NCBI GenBank assembly: GCA_965112735.1
Contig: OZ218956.1
Location: 1,240,001-1,304,000 of the forward strand
Direction: 5' to 3'
DNA: 64,000 nucleotides
DNA from: Phaeosaccion multiseriatum
Lineage: Eukaryota; Protista; Ochrophyta, other classes
The notes under the pieces are model-generated. The model was not told where the DNA came from and made no database searches. It worked only from the letters and a program-made list of their open reading frames with translations. Shown one piece after another: positions 13,809-26,570 of this stretch. The translations under genes were made by a program, and so were the position numbers. Each line of letters starts with the position of its first letter. The first letter of the stretch is position 1.

Positions 13809-14823
13809 AAAGCAACAGCAGCGGCAACACCTTGCTCTCCTGGCGGGCTACACTCCTCCACCCACCTTGCATGGGGTGGATGTGAGCTCCACTCTACAGC
13901 ACAACGAGCGCTTCCTAGAGCAGTGGAATAAGCTGGAGGGGATGAAACAGAGCAGTTCGTCAGATTTGGTGACCGTATCCAAGGCAATACAGGCCCAGAT
14001 GGAGGTGCGCAAGCGTCTTATGGCACACCTCGCCACCCTCTCCAAGCTCGCAGACGCGCAGACCAAGCATATACAACAGCAGCAACTTGTGGCTGCTGCG
14101 ACGACGGCTGGCACCGCTCCTGTAAATGGGGGGGGGGCAGTAGTTGGAGGAGGAGGAGGGGGAGGGGGGGTGAGGGGAATCGCTCGGCCGATGTCTGCCG
14201 CCCCTCCCGACCCGCTACAGCCACTGCAGCAGTTGGTGACACAGCCGCAGGAAGATGGTCAGCAAGGTGGGCATCCAGAGGTCGGTCGTGCTTTGCTTTC
14301 CCACGCGGAGCTGCAGCAGATGCTCAAGCAACGGAACAAGCCGGACCGATGGCTCTATGTGGTGGATCAATGCCTTCGCATATCGCCTTCGGATCCAACG
14401 GCCTTCGACCGCTTCAATCAGCTGGCGAGGCTATCTTCATCGTGTGCTAATTCCTATAATCAGGATCCGACGCTCGCCAAGGCCATCTTGCTCTCTCTCC
14501 ACCCCAGTGTGGTGAGTCGCGGCATTCAAGGCTCTCAGCAGATGCTAAAGAACGTGTATACCAAGTGGAAGACTGGCGTGCTAGGCCAACCCAGCGCCAC
14601 CGCTGCAAGAGGGGAGACCCGCCCCATGCAGGCCGGGCAGCCGCAGCAGCAGCAGCAGCAGCATCAGGGGCAGGGGCAGGGACAGCAGCCAATGCAACAG
14701 CCAATGCAACAGCCGATGCAGCAGCCGATGCAACAGCCGATGCAGCAGCCGATGCAGCAGGGGCAGCAGCTATTGCAGGGCCAACAGCAGCTACAGCAAC
14801 AACACCAGCAGCAGCAGCACTGA
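13201..14823 (+). CDS. Glutamine-rich uncharacterised protein (540 aa, apparently intronless)
   Basis: Long ATG ORF with polyQ tracts, a helical segment (FLEQWNKLEGM..HLATLSKLAD), a non-repetitive domain (DRWLYVVDQCL..VYTKWKTG) and (QQPM)n repeats. Divergent from the CNNM gene. Confidence 0.65.
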
Positions 14824-15909
14824 GCCCCCATGCAACCCTTGGGCATTGCGCAGGCTTGGGCAGGCTTGGGCAGGCGCAGAGCGGCTCAGCAACTGACGTA
14901 TGACGCGACCCGCAGGAGAGTTGAAAGGCGGCGGTTGAGGGTGGTGGTTTTGTTTGTTCTAAGGAAATTAGCCCCCCCCCCCCCGTCCCCTCCCTGGGTC
15001 ACAGAGGGGTCACTCCTTTACACCACCTTAGATCAGGCTCCTCTTGTTTGCTGCACTTGTCTATTATCAACATTCCCACGGTGGTGAGGAGGTTGGGTGG
15101 TCGCGTCAAGCAGCTGCTCTGGGCAGGGAGGAGTCGAAGGGGCCAAGCCTTGGGCCAGTGTGTGATGGAGCCTTGGGCCTGTGTGTGTGTGTGTGATGGA
15201 GGACAGCGCGGCTACCCATGCTAGACTGCAGAAAGACTCCAGTATGCCTCTTGTCTTCCCTCTGAAATGGGTACATGGTAGAGTCCCTACACGGCCCAGG
15301 AGCCTCCCGTGGCGTCTAGTCTCGAGAGATGATCGGGTGGGGTAGGGGGGGGGGGGGGGGGGGAGGTTTCAAATACAACCGCATCCTTATCGTCGTCTTC
15401 TCTCTAGTGCAATCTTATGCACAAATTACCAAATATGAACATACCTCCCCATGTTGTATGTACAGTGCCACTCACTGCTGGCGCTGGGCTGTCTCCTGTG
15501 TCTTATTCTACACCCCCACCACCCCTCCTCTCTCCCCTCCTCTCCTCTCCTGTACCTACGGACGAAACACACGCACACGCATGTCAACGTGTGCTAGGTA
15601 CCCCTTCAATGCCTTCAATCCCCCATGTCAAGTGTGTCATGTACCCCTTCAATACCTTCAATGCCCCATGCTCCATGGCCCCACACAGCCTACCTCCTCT
15701 GACTTATGCACACTTCTCCGCAAGCACGGCACTGCTTAGCACCACGCCACGCACGTCCTCCTCGCCCCCCCCCTCGCCCCGTCTTGCTCGTACCATATAC
15801 ACACTTTCACCCCCGCCCCTAACCACACCACACCCCGGCCACCACCCATAGTCTCTCTTCTCTTCCCCGCGCTGTTCCCACCCTCGCCCAAGCCTACGCA
15901 AGCGCGCTT

Positions 15910-17594
15910 CACACCGTCACCCCTCCTGCTGTGAAGCAGGCGGGCCCGTGGTGTCCAATGCCGCTGCCCGGAAGGCCCTGTCCACCCAAATGCTGCCCGA
16001 GAGGGGGTTGTAACGGGCGTAGAATGGCCGATTCAGAGACGTACAGTACTCCCTGCGTGAGAGGCAGGGTAAGGGCAAGAGGGCAGGGAGGGGCAGGAAA
16101 GAGGACGGGAAGAAAGGGAAAGAAGAATAAGACGAAAAGAAAGTGAAGCAAGAACAAGAACATCTCGACCGAGGCCAACCTCGGTGGCTTCACTTCCCTC
16201 TCCTCCCACTCCGCTCCCCTCCCTCCCTCCCTCCCTCCCTCCCTCCGTCCCTCCCTCCCTCCCCTCCCCTCCCCTCCCCTCCCCTCCCCTTTCCCTCCCC
16301 AAAGGCACGCACACACACGCACCTCATCCTGTCCGTGGCATCTCGGAGTCCCTCTGCGACAAAGTACTTGGGCTGGTAGCTGGTGATGGGGAAGTCCTGC
16401 TCACTCGCATCCCGCGGGTCCCACTTCGCATAGACCGGTCGCTCCATGCCCCCCTCCGCGGTGGGGCGTGACGAGGAACAAGCGTACTCAAGCTCGCCTA
16501 TCGATCGAGTGTGGGGGGGGGGGGGGGGGTATCGGGGTGGGACATACAGTTGGGCAAGCCGTCGTGTGTGTAGAGATGATGTGAGGTGTTGGTATTGGTA
16601 TTGGTATTGGCATTGGTATTGGTGTTGGTGTGGTGTTGTTTCATAAGCGAACAAGTTTGGTACACACAGCGGGGCTTCCGAAGTGGCATGTGCACGTACC
16701 AAAGCTGGAGAGTAGCCCCGCTCCGTACGCCTTCATCTCTCCGTCCTGCCGGGGCGGGTGGGGCGAACACACGGAACACGAAATCCATCAAAAATCCAAA
16801 GCAAGGGCACTCAAGTTCAACTTCGAAGCAGCGAATAGCGTGTTGTCTTCTTTCCTCTCCGGCCGCTTGTTGACTCTTGCTTCTCTCTCCCCCGCGCTCA
16901 GTCCCTTCCCCAGTCTGGACTTGCCTGCTGCTTGAGTACTCCAAACTCCACACTGAACCAATAGCAGCGCGCCAGCTTGACAATGTCCTCGTCAGAAGCG
17001 CCCAGAGACGCCAATCCCACCTCCTGCAACACCACACCACACCAGTTGGTGATGCACCAGACCACACCACAACAGTCAAGGCAGAGAAGCAACAAAAGCA
17101 TCAATTGAGATTCAATGCGCGGGTGCGAGCGAGTGAGTGAGTGCGGGGAGTGAGTGGAGTGAGTGAGTGGGCACACAACGGCGAAAAGAGGACACGTCCT
17201 GCTTGGCCCTCGTCCAACAAGTGCCAAAACAAAAGAGGGGAGCAGTTGGTGATACACAGTGGAGCAAAGCAGCGAGCCTTGATGCCGAGCGCGGAAGTGG
17301 GAGCACCTGTCACCGCCAATGCCTTTGCCACAGGACCACGGGGTGTTCACTAAACGACAAACACGAGAGTGTTCATGCATTTCGCACCTGGGAGAAATCG
17401 CTGAAATTTGGGTCTGCGAACATTGGGGCGTGTCCGAGCAGCTCGTGGCAAATGTCCTGAGAGAGAGAGAGAGAGAGAGAGAGAGTGCGTGAGGGAGTGG
17501 CGATAGAAATAGACTGAGCCTGCACACATACACACACATACACACACTCACAACACACACACCCACACACATACATACATACACACACTTACAT

Positions 17595-17632
<38 letters not shown>

Positions 17633-19682
17633 GTACACACGCACGCACCGGCTCCGGAGTGTAGAGGGGTCGAGAGTGATGGCGAATGTACTGAGTGGAG
17701 AAGAAGGTGCGAAAGGCAAGACCATTGAGGAAGTCGCGCGAGGAGAGCAGCCCCGCCACGGGCCGGAGCACAAACCCCGTGCGGCGCTGCGCAAGGCGTG
17801 GGTGGGTGCGTGGGTGCGTGGGTGCGTGGGTGGGTGCGTGGGTGGGTGAGGAGGAGGAGGATTTCTAAGCCGAGGAGGGAGGGGAGCTTCTGTCTGGGGA
17901 GAGGAGGGGAGGGGGGGCAGTGGGGTGCAAGATCTACGACTTGTGCTCGTCAAGCAAGTCGAAGGAAACAACAACAAAAAAACGCGTGTGGAGAGCGAGA
18001 AAGGGTTCCCCTCTCTCTATCTCTCTCTCTCTCTCGCTCGCTCGCTCTCCTTCTTTCTTTCTCTCTCTCTCTCGTTCCCCAAAGAAACAACAAAAAAAAA
18101 ACGCGTGTGGAGAGCGAGAAAGGGTTCCCCTCTCTCTATCTCTCTCTCTCTCTCTCGCTCGCTCGCTCTCCTTCTTTCTTTCTCTCTCTCTCTCTCTTCC
18201 CCTCCCTCTCACTATGCAAACCTCTCACATCAAGCATCCCCAAGCGAAACTCACGTGCAGAAAGTCGGAGACGTCCTGCTGCTGCGGAATGGCGCCTCTT
18301 CCGAGTCCCAAGTAGCGCTTCATGCTCTCAATGACGTCAAGGTACTCTCTACACGCGAAGCGGGCGTGCAAAGGCTCGATGGCGTCCCACACCTCCCTCC
18401 ACGCCGCCTCCTCCTGCTGAGTGTACTGCACGAAGGGGATGGCGCTACCGCATCGGTGGCGTTGGGCTACTTGGGCGAGCACGTTTCGGCGTTCGCGGTA
18501 CTCCTCATCGTTGAATCCGGGGTGGTCCGACTGAAATGATGAGGGCGGAGGGAGGGAGAGAGCGGTGATGATGAGAGGGGGGGAAGGGAGGCAGGCGGGC
18601 AGGCAGGGAGCGAGAGAGGGAGAGCGAGGAAAGGGTGAGGACGAGGGAGGGAGGGGGAGAGGGAGAGGGACGGTGAATGACGACGCGAAGGAGGGAAAGT
18701 GAAAGTTCCTCTGCATGGTGAGGAAGGAAGAAGGGAAGGCAGGACGTAGTGAAAGATAGCAAACCCTGCCGCCACGGACCTGCAAATCGATGCCGGCGTC
18801 GAGCGTCCTGTTCGCCACGTGGTCAAGCTCTGAGATGTGAGTGGGAAACCAGGGGACAACCTTCTCTTGCAGGACCTCCAACTTCACCGTGTGGTGATTC
18901 AGTTCAGCGAGGAGGGCCTCCACGGGGGGATCACCCTGTCTTCCGTGTATATAGTGACCGGGAGAGGACGGGATGGCAAAGTTAGGGTCGCTCTAATAAG
19001 GGGGAGGCGGAGGGAGAGAAGGGCGGCACCGCGCGCTCATCCTCTCTCGAGAGTTGCGGGAGGCCCCATCGCACGCTCTCTCTCCTCACAAGCCTTTTCA
19101 CTTTCACTCACCCTGTGTCCTTCGAAGTCCACGTAGAAGTCTGAAGGTGATGCAGGCGGCAGGGGAGGGGTGTGGGAAGGATGTCAGGAGAGCGACGAGA
19201 AAGGCACTTTGCCTGCTTGCTTTGTATGCAGATCCGGAGAGGTCGAGCTTCCCTGCTACTTTGTCCCTCTTCCCTCCTCGACCCCCACTCGCTGGAATAT
19301 GCTCACCAAACACATCGTTTGCTCTGCTGGAGGGTCTGCTCTCTATCCGCGTGAGGCTGATGCCAAACTTCCAGAAGTACTTGAGGACGTCTTGAAGGGC
19401 TCCTTCCCGGTCCTTAAGGCCCACCAGAACACTAATCTTCTTCGAGTGGGGGTGAACTTTAGAGTACTGCTGTTGTTGCTTCTTCTCCTCTGCCTCCGCC
19501 CTGCGCTTATTTTTTTGGCTCTGTTGTTGCTGGTGGTCCAGGGTCGAAAGTCCTCTGCTCAGCCTGCTGCTAAAGCACAAGCCGGTCGACTTTCGGAGGG
19601 GGAAGCGAAGAGAAGAGCATGGCAGACCCCCGGAAAGGCACCGCGTCGCCCTTCCTGCTGCCCTTCCTGCTGTTGCGTACAT
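15910..19682 (-). CDS. PAH: Phenylalanine-4-hydroxylase (ACT + biopterin-dependent aromatic amino acid hydroxylase); 3' end uncertain
   Basis: ACT: [17 protein letters not shown]. Catalytic: [55 protein letters not shown] (Fe-ligand His residues), YWFSVEFG (Glu ligand), [21 protein letters not shown]. About 10 exons, including a GC-AG intron at 16924-16746. Confidence 0.95.
17966..18195. repeat. Direct tandem duplication (~115-120 bp unit) in a PAH intron
   Basis: AAAAACGCGTGTGGAGAGCGAGAAAGGGTTCCCCTCTCTCTATC..CGCTCGCTCGCTCTCCTTCTTTC occurs twice. Confidence 0.85.
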
Positions 19683-20016
19683 TGAGGTTTTTTTTCTTCT
19701 GTCAAAACAGTGTTCAACTGGCAGTTTCAGTTTCAGTTAGTTGTAAATTCCCCCCATCCCCCCCCTTCTCTCATTCTCCACTCTCTTCTTCAGCTAGCTA
19801 TACTCTTTGAGATGCCTATCGATTCATTCCATAGTCTTTCGGCTTTCATCGCTTTTTCCATTGCATTTTAGAAAGGGCATTCCTCCTTGCAGCCCGACCC
19901 CCCAAAAAAGGGCGATTTGGTCGATTCTTACGCAATCGAGTGTTCAAATTAAACAAATGATCCAGTGGAAGTGCCACCAGGTGCCATCTGTAGTCCCAGT
20001 TGTTGCTACAAGAGAT

Positions 20017-21434
20017 TTAGTTGAAGAGGTCGGGAAGCTTGAAGTCTTTAAGCCAATCGGGCTCCGTCAGGCTGAAGTCCGCGGCCTGGAAGCTGAGCAG
20101 CGGGTTGGTTGAGGTCTCCTCGTCGGAAGGGAAGTATTCCTTCGCCCATGCGCTGCGGATGCCGGGGTGGCTGCCGGGGGTCGTAAGAGAAGGTAGCAGA
20201 AGAGTGAAGGCACACAAGAGAGAGGAGACAGGGTTTAGAGACGGGGGTGGGGGGGGGGGATACGCCCCCAGGCACAAGGGGGAGGAGGACGAGCAGCAGC
20301 GGCAGTTGGCCCTGACTGACTGACTGACTGACTGACCTGAAGTAGTCGGAACGCATCCGACAGTACTTGACAATGTCTGTCTTGCTCATCTCCGCCAGCA
20401 TGCCCGTATCCATCAGGGACCCCAGGTTTTCGGGCGGTACAAGGAAGAGGTTGGTGAGCTCTCGCAGCTGCTGCATGGAGGCGTCCACTTCGGGGCTGTC
20501 GAAGGTGGAGAGCACGCTCTGTGATGGTTGTGTGGTGTGGTGTGGTGTGGTGGGGTGTGGTGGGGTGTGTGTAGTGTGGTGTGATGTGGTGTGGTGTGGT
20601 GGGGTGTGGTGTGGTGTGGTGTGGTGTGGTGTGGCGTGGCGTGGTGTGGTGTGGTGTGTGGTGGTGTGGTGTGTGGTGTGTAGTGTGGTGTGGTGTGGTG
20701 TGGTGTGGTGTGTGGTGTGTGGTGGTGTGGTGTGTGGTGTGTGGTGTGGTGTGGTGTGGTGTGGCGTGGTGTGGTGTGGCGTGGCGTGGTGTGGTGTGGT
20801 GTGGTGTGGTGTGGTGTGGTGTGGTGTGGCGTGGCGTGGTGTGGTGTGGTGTGGTGTGGTGTGGTGTGATGTGGTGTGGTGTGGTGTGGTGTGTGGTGTG
20901 GTGTGGTGGAAGGGTTTGTCGTGCGGTAACAGTTGCCGGGGTTGCCGTAAGGGGGGGGGGGGAGCCAGTGGGTGAGTAGGTGAGGGAGAAAAGTGGGTGG
21001 GCGAGGGAGTAAGTGAGTGAGTGAGTGAGGGAGTGAATGAGAGTGAGAGTGAGTGAGTGAGTGAGTGAGTGAGTGAAGGAGTGAATAAGAGTGAGTGAGT
21101 GAGTGAGTGAAGGAGTGAATGAGAGTGAGTGAGTGAGTGAGTGAGTGAGAGTGCGTGAGTGAGTGAGTGAGAGTGCGTGTGTACACCTTCGCTGCTGCCT
21201 TGGCTGTTGCAAAGCTCTGCACACACACACTGCGCCAAGGCAAACGCTGCCTTGCATGACAGGCCTTGTTGCCTCTCCTTTCCCCTCTTCCTTCCTCTCC
21301 TTATAACTTACTTGCAGCAGAATGACGTCGTTGGTGAGAACAAATGCCCCGGTGATGTTGACCTGGGTGTGGACAGAGTCATACACGTTGTCAGGAGAGA
21401 AGAGAGGGGGGTCACATCGGCAGGCAGGCAGGCA

Positions 21435-21467
<33 letters not shown>

Positions 21468-22564
21468 TCAGTCAGTCAGTCAGTCAGTCAGTCAGTCAGT
21501 CAGTCAGTCAGTCAGTTAGTCAATCAGTCAGTCAATCAGTCAGTCAGTCAGTCAGTCAGTCAGTCAGTTAGTCAATCAGTCAGTCAATCAGTCAGTCAGT
21601 CAGTCAGTCAGTCAGTCAGTCAGCCAGTCAGTGAGTCTGTCAGTCATTCAGCCACCTGGGGCTGCCCCCCAAAGGCTGCATCCCAACAAACTGCCTACTA
21701 AAATCATGTTAGGTACGTCATACCCACCCTCCCTCCCCTCCCTCCTCTCACTCCCTCTCCTCCCTCTCCTCCCTGCGTCCTCTCCCCATATGCCTCCATT
21801 GTCTCACCTTGGTGCGTGAGATGTGCGCAACGAAGAGCTGCCTCACCCTCAGTCCCACCTTCTGCCACATTAGCGACATGTCGAGCTTGGTCAGACGCTC
21901 CACCGCCATACTATGCTGAGAGCGAAGCAGCGCACACACCGCCTTCACTGCCTTGGTAGCGTCGATAGCAGGCACACCTGTGTCGTCCTGGGAGGGGAGG
22001 GGGGGGGGGTTGGAGGCATACCGGTATTCGTGGGTATATGGGGGGGGGGAGGGAGGGAGGGAGGGAGGAGGAGGGAGGGCGAGAGAAGGGGGGAAGGGGG
22101 TGAGGGAGGGAGGAAGGGAGGGAGGGAGGAAAGAGGAGGGGAGGGAGGGAGGGAGCGAGGAAAGTGAAGGAGAGAAATAGTGTCTCATATCACGGAGGGT
22201 GATCACTTGAATTCGAAGAGGAGCAACGCACAGCTAAGGAAAGCTGTTGCGGGTTGATCGTGTGTGCGTTTCCTTGCGCATTACCTTAGGGCAGTAGTCC
22301 AGCTTGCCCCCCCTGGAGAACTGCCTCTCCACATTGACGATCACCACCTCGAAGGCTCTCCACAGCGCTTTGGCCTGAGGCAGCAGCAGTAGCAGTTGGT
22401 GATACAGCAGCGGCAGCAGTTGGGAATACCGCAGATAGACGCGAAGGAGTCAAGCATGGGACACAGAGATGAGAGGCAATTTCGCCAGACAACAACGCAA
22501 GTGAAACACACACACATACACGCACACACACCACCCATCCACACACACACACACGCACACACAC

Positions 22565-22613
<49 letters not shown>

Positions 22614-22894
22614 AAAGTGACACTCACCGCGGCCCCCTCCGCGCTCTCGAGGAAGGCGGTGCGTGTCTGCCGTACGATGGTCCTCAGGGTCGGGATATGC
22701 TCGAGCAGAGGGCCCACCACCGCTCGGTAGTGCTCCTGGAGGGCGAGAGAAGCGAGGGACACGGCCTTGATCACGTCGAAGAAAGCCGCGGTGGGGAGGG
22801 GGGAGCTCTTCTTCATTTGGAGCTGCATCTGGTGGTGAGTGGGGGGTTGAAGGGTTGGGGTTTGGGGGTGGGGTTCCGCGTTGGGGTACACACA

Positions 22895-22939
<45 letters not shown>

Positions 22940-25185
22940 CCGAAAAGAGAAGAGGCGCCTGCGTTAGCCTAAAGGCACACGGGAGAGGGCACAATACACA
23001 CCCACCCACCCACACATACACGCACACACGCTCACACACACACATACACACACACACATACACACACATACACGCATACATACACCCACCCACACATACA
23101 CCCATCTACCCACCCACATCCACACACCCACGCACACACTCTCACACACACGCGCTACGAATCACCAACTTGCTCACCTCCTTGAGAGCCGCCGACGCCA
23201 ACGTGTTGGAGGTGCTCGGCAGCAGGTGGTGAGCGGCCTCCAGGCACGGGATGAAGATGCAGTTGGAGAGGAAGCGACACACCATTTGAAAGAAAGAAGA
23301 TATCCTAACCACGTAAGCAAAGAGGGGAAAGGGCGAGGGGAAGGTGGTGAGGGGTTGGGGTGGGGACTGGGGGCTTGTGGTTAGTGGCATACGGGCATAC
23401 TTGAGGGCAAGAATTTGGTGTTCTGTAGCTTGCTCCCTCGGCGGGGGGGGGGGGGCGGGGAGGGGAGCGTGCTGCTGTGTGATCAACTGCTGCTGTATCA
23501 CCAACTGGCGTACCTTTGCTCGCGTTCCTCTCCCTCCTGCTGGAGCACTGCCGTACACCTCCGTACGGCATCGCTGCAATAGCCGAAGACCTTATCAAGC
23601 ACACTGGTGCGGAGAGGGCCTGGGAGGGAGGGGGGGAGGGAGGGAGACGGAGAGGCAGAGAGTGCAGAAAATTGCGGGTCACGGGTGGGAGCAGGTTCAG
23701 CGGGTCGGAGTTGGTGTTCGTCCTGTCGTCGTCACAACATGTTGGTTGTCTGTGTCTGTCGCTTCGTCTTCGCCATCGCCATTCATTCACTTCCTCCCTC
23801 CCTCCCTCCCTCCCTCCCTCCCTCCCTCACCTGCCAGCAAGCTGCTATAGCTCACTATCCTGTCCACTCGCACCACGGGGAAGCTGTCGAGACTCTGCAT
23901 GCGTGTCGCCCCTCCAGTGGCTCTGTACTCGAGCACTCCACCCCCCACCCCCGACTCCCCCCCCCCACCGCTGCCGCCGCTGATGCCTGCCTTCAATGCG
24001 TTCATCTTGTCGACCACCGCGGAGGCGGAGGGAAGCGGAGTCTTGGGCGCGTCCCCATTGCTGCTGTCGTTGTTGCCTCCTGTCTGCGCCCCGCCCTCCC
24101 ATACTGAGACCATGACCTCGTACAGGCTTTGAAGGAGGTATCTGAAGGTGGGGAGGAGGAAGGGAGGGAGGGAGGGAGGGAGGGAGAAGAGGAGGGGGGA
24201 GGGTGGGCAGCAGTGCCACTTTTGTGTTAAGGCGAATGTGTCCATGGCAACCCGTCAAGACCTCGCCCCTCACCCCTCACCCCTCACCCCTCACCTCGTC
24301 TCCTTCTGCGGGTAGGCTGAGCGGTGCTCAAAGAAGAGATGTCTGGCCTGCTCGTCAAGATACTTCCTCAGTGCTGCTCCTGGACTGCTGAAGCCCCCCT
24401 CCGCCCCCTCGAGGTCCTCCTCCCCCACCTCCCTCCTGCCGTCTGCTGCATCGATGATACTGCCGTCTCCAATGGCGGGTGCTGCTTGACATGTTTTGGT
24501 TCATGTGTGTGTGTGTGTATGTGTGTGTGTTTGGATGGAAGAGTGTGTGAGAGAGGGGGAGAACGTAAATCATTAGACTCTGTCTGTCTCTCTGTCCCGT
24601 CTCTCTCCCTCCCTCCCTCCCTCCCTCCTCCCCTTTCTGTACTCTCCCTCCCCTGCCAGTCCTCCACCCCCCCCTGCTCACCCACACGCCACTCTGCCTA
24701 GAAAGATAAGGTCTGCCTCACCTGCCGAGCCCCTCCCCTCCCCTCCCCCCGCCCTCTCCTCTCCGATGAACTTCTGAGCTTTGAGCATGTGAAACAGTGC
24801 CCATGTCTGCTGCTCCACCGTACACAGACAGTCAAGGTAGTCGGGCAGCGGCAGAGGTTCCACCGGAGGCTGCGGAGAAAGCACGCCCTCTACTCGCGCC
24901 TGTGATACGCAAACGGAGGGATGGGATGGGATGGGACAAGAGGGAAGGGGGTGAACATGGATGGCAGTGGGCATGGCAGTATAGCTTCTAGGGGTATATG
25001 CGACCAGTACAGCATCACCACCCCCCCCCCCCCCTCTCCCCGCCATCCACTGCCGTCCACTGTCATTCGCCGCTCCACCCACACAGGCACGCACGCACGC
25101 ACGCACGCACGCACCTGCACTCCGTAGACGGGGTCGTTGAGGATGCGCTGCAGCAGAAGCCGAATCACCTGAAGGGGCGTGTGTG

Positions 25186-25218
<33 letters not shown>

Positions 25219-26482
25219 TGTGCGTGTGCGTGCAAGTGCAGGTGCGGGTGCGTGTCGTCAGAATTTTGTCTTCGAAGCCTGCCATACCCTCTCCCCCCCC
25301 CTCCCTCCCTGGGGCCCAGACTCTTCCCCTTTCCCTTCCCCCCTTACTTTGGCGACAAGGGGCGGAGGGAACACTGTCTGGATCAGCGCAAACTCCTCCT
25401 GACACAATGAAATGACCCTCCCGAACAGCGCTGAGAGAGAGTCATAGGCCACCGTGCCGCTGCCCGCCCGGCCGACGCCTCCCTCAGCTCGAATCAGCTT
25501 TTGAGAAACCACGAAGAACACATAGCGGCCTTGCAGGTGCTCGCCTTTACCACACGTTGAGAGTGGAGAGTGGGGGGAGGGTTGGGTTGGGTTGGGTTGG
25601 GTTGAGTTGGGTTGGGTTGGGTTGGGTTGGGTTGGGTCACAGTCAGCCGGTCTCGCGCGTGCAAGACGCCAAAGCCGAAGCCTTGCACCTTTAGAGGACT
25701 ACGAGCAAGGAGCTTTAGGACAAGCAGCAGCAGCAGTCGGTGATACAGCAGCAGTAGCAGCCGTAGCAAATAGCAGCGGTTGGTGATCAGCAGCAGCGTC
25801 GCCCACCTTGGTTGAGGAGGAAGAGAATGTCAGACACCTCCCGCATGAAGGACGCCTTGGGGGGTATTTGGCCCGCCGCTCGCTCGAACAGGTCCAGCAG
25901 CTCCTGCACAGCAGTTGGTGATACAGCAGCAACAACAACAGCGGCAGCAGGAGGAGGAGACCGTCACAAATGAAAAAGGGATCGGGGGGTGAAGAACGGA
26001 CAGCAGCAGTCTCCCACAGGCAGAGAGATTCTCCTCTACTACCACCTACTTTCCTACCTACCTTCTCTCCCTTCCTCCACCCCTCCCTTCCATCCTCCCT
26101 CCCTACCTACCTACCCACCCACCTTCCCATCTCCTTCCTTCCTATCTACCTGCCTACCTACCTACCCCCGCTAAACCCATCCATCCATCGATCTTACTGC
26201 TGGGGCATGTAGGGCCTAACCAAAACTGAAACTGACACTGACACTGACACTGACGGACAAACTGCAAACTCACATTCTCCAGGAAGTCACTGTAGGCCTG
26301 AATCTTGCGAATGGTTGGCTGCATGTGCTGGGCCTCGAGCTCAAAGGTCACTGCCTTAATCTTGGCGATCATGGCGGCTCCCTCTCTGCGCTGGTCGGGG
26401 TCGCTGAAGATGGGGGGCAGAGCGGCCATCTGTGGAGGTGTACGCATGGAGTGTATGCGTGTGTGTGTGTGTGTGTGTTGTG

Positions 26483-26516
<34 letters not shown>

Positions 26517-26535
26517 AGGTGCGTAAGTGGGGGCC

Positions 26536-26570
<35 letters not shown>

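Noticed and set aside
20048-21386. His/Thr/Pro-rich ORFs of ~380-400 aa
   Set aside because: Products of (CCACA)n and (TCAC)n microsatellites in a Sec10 intron.
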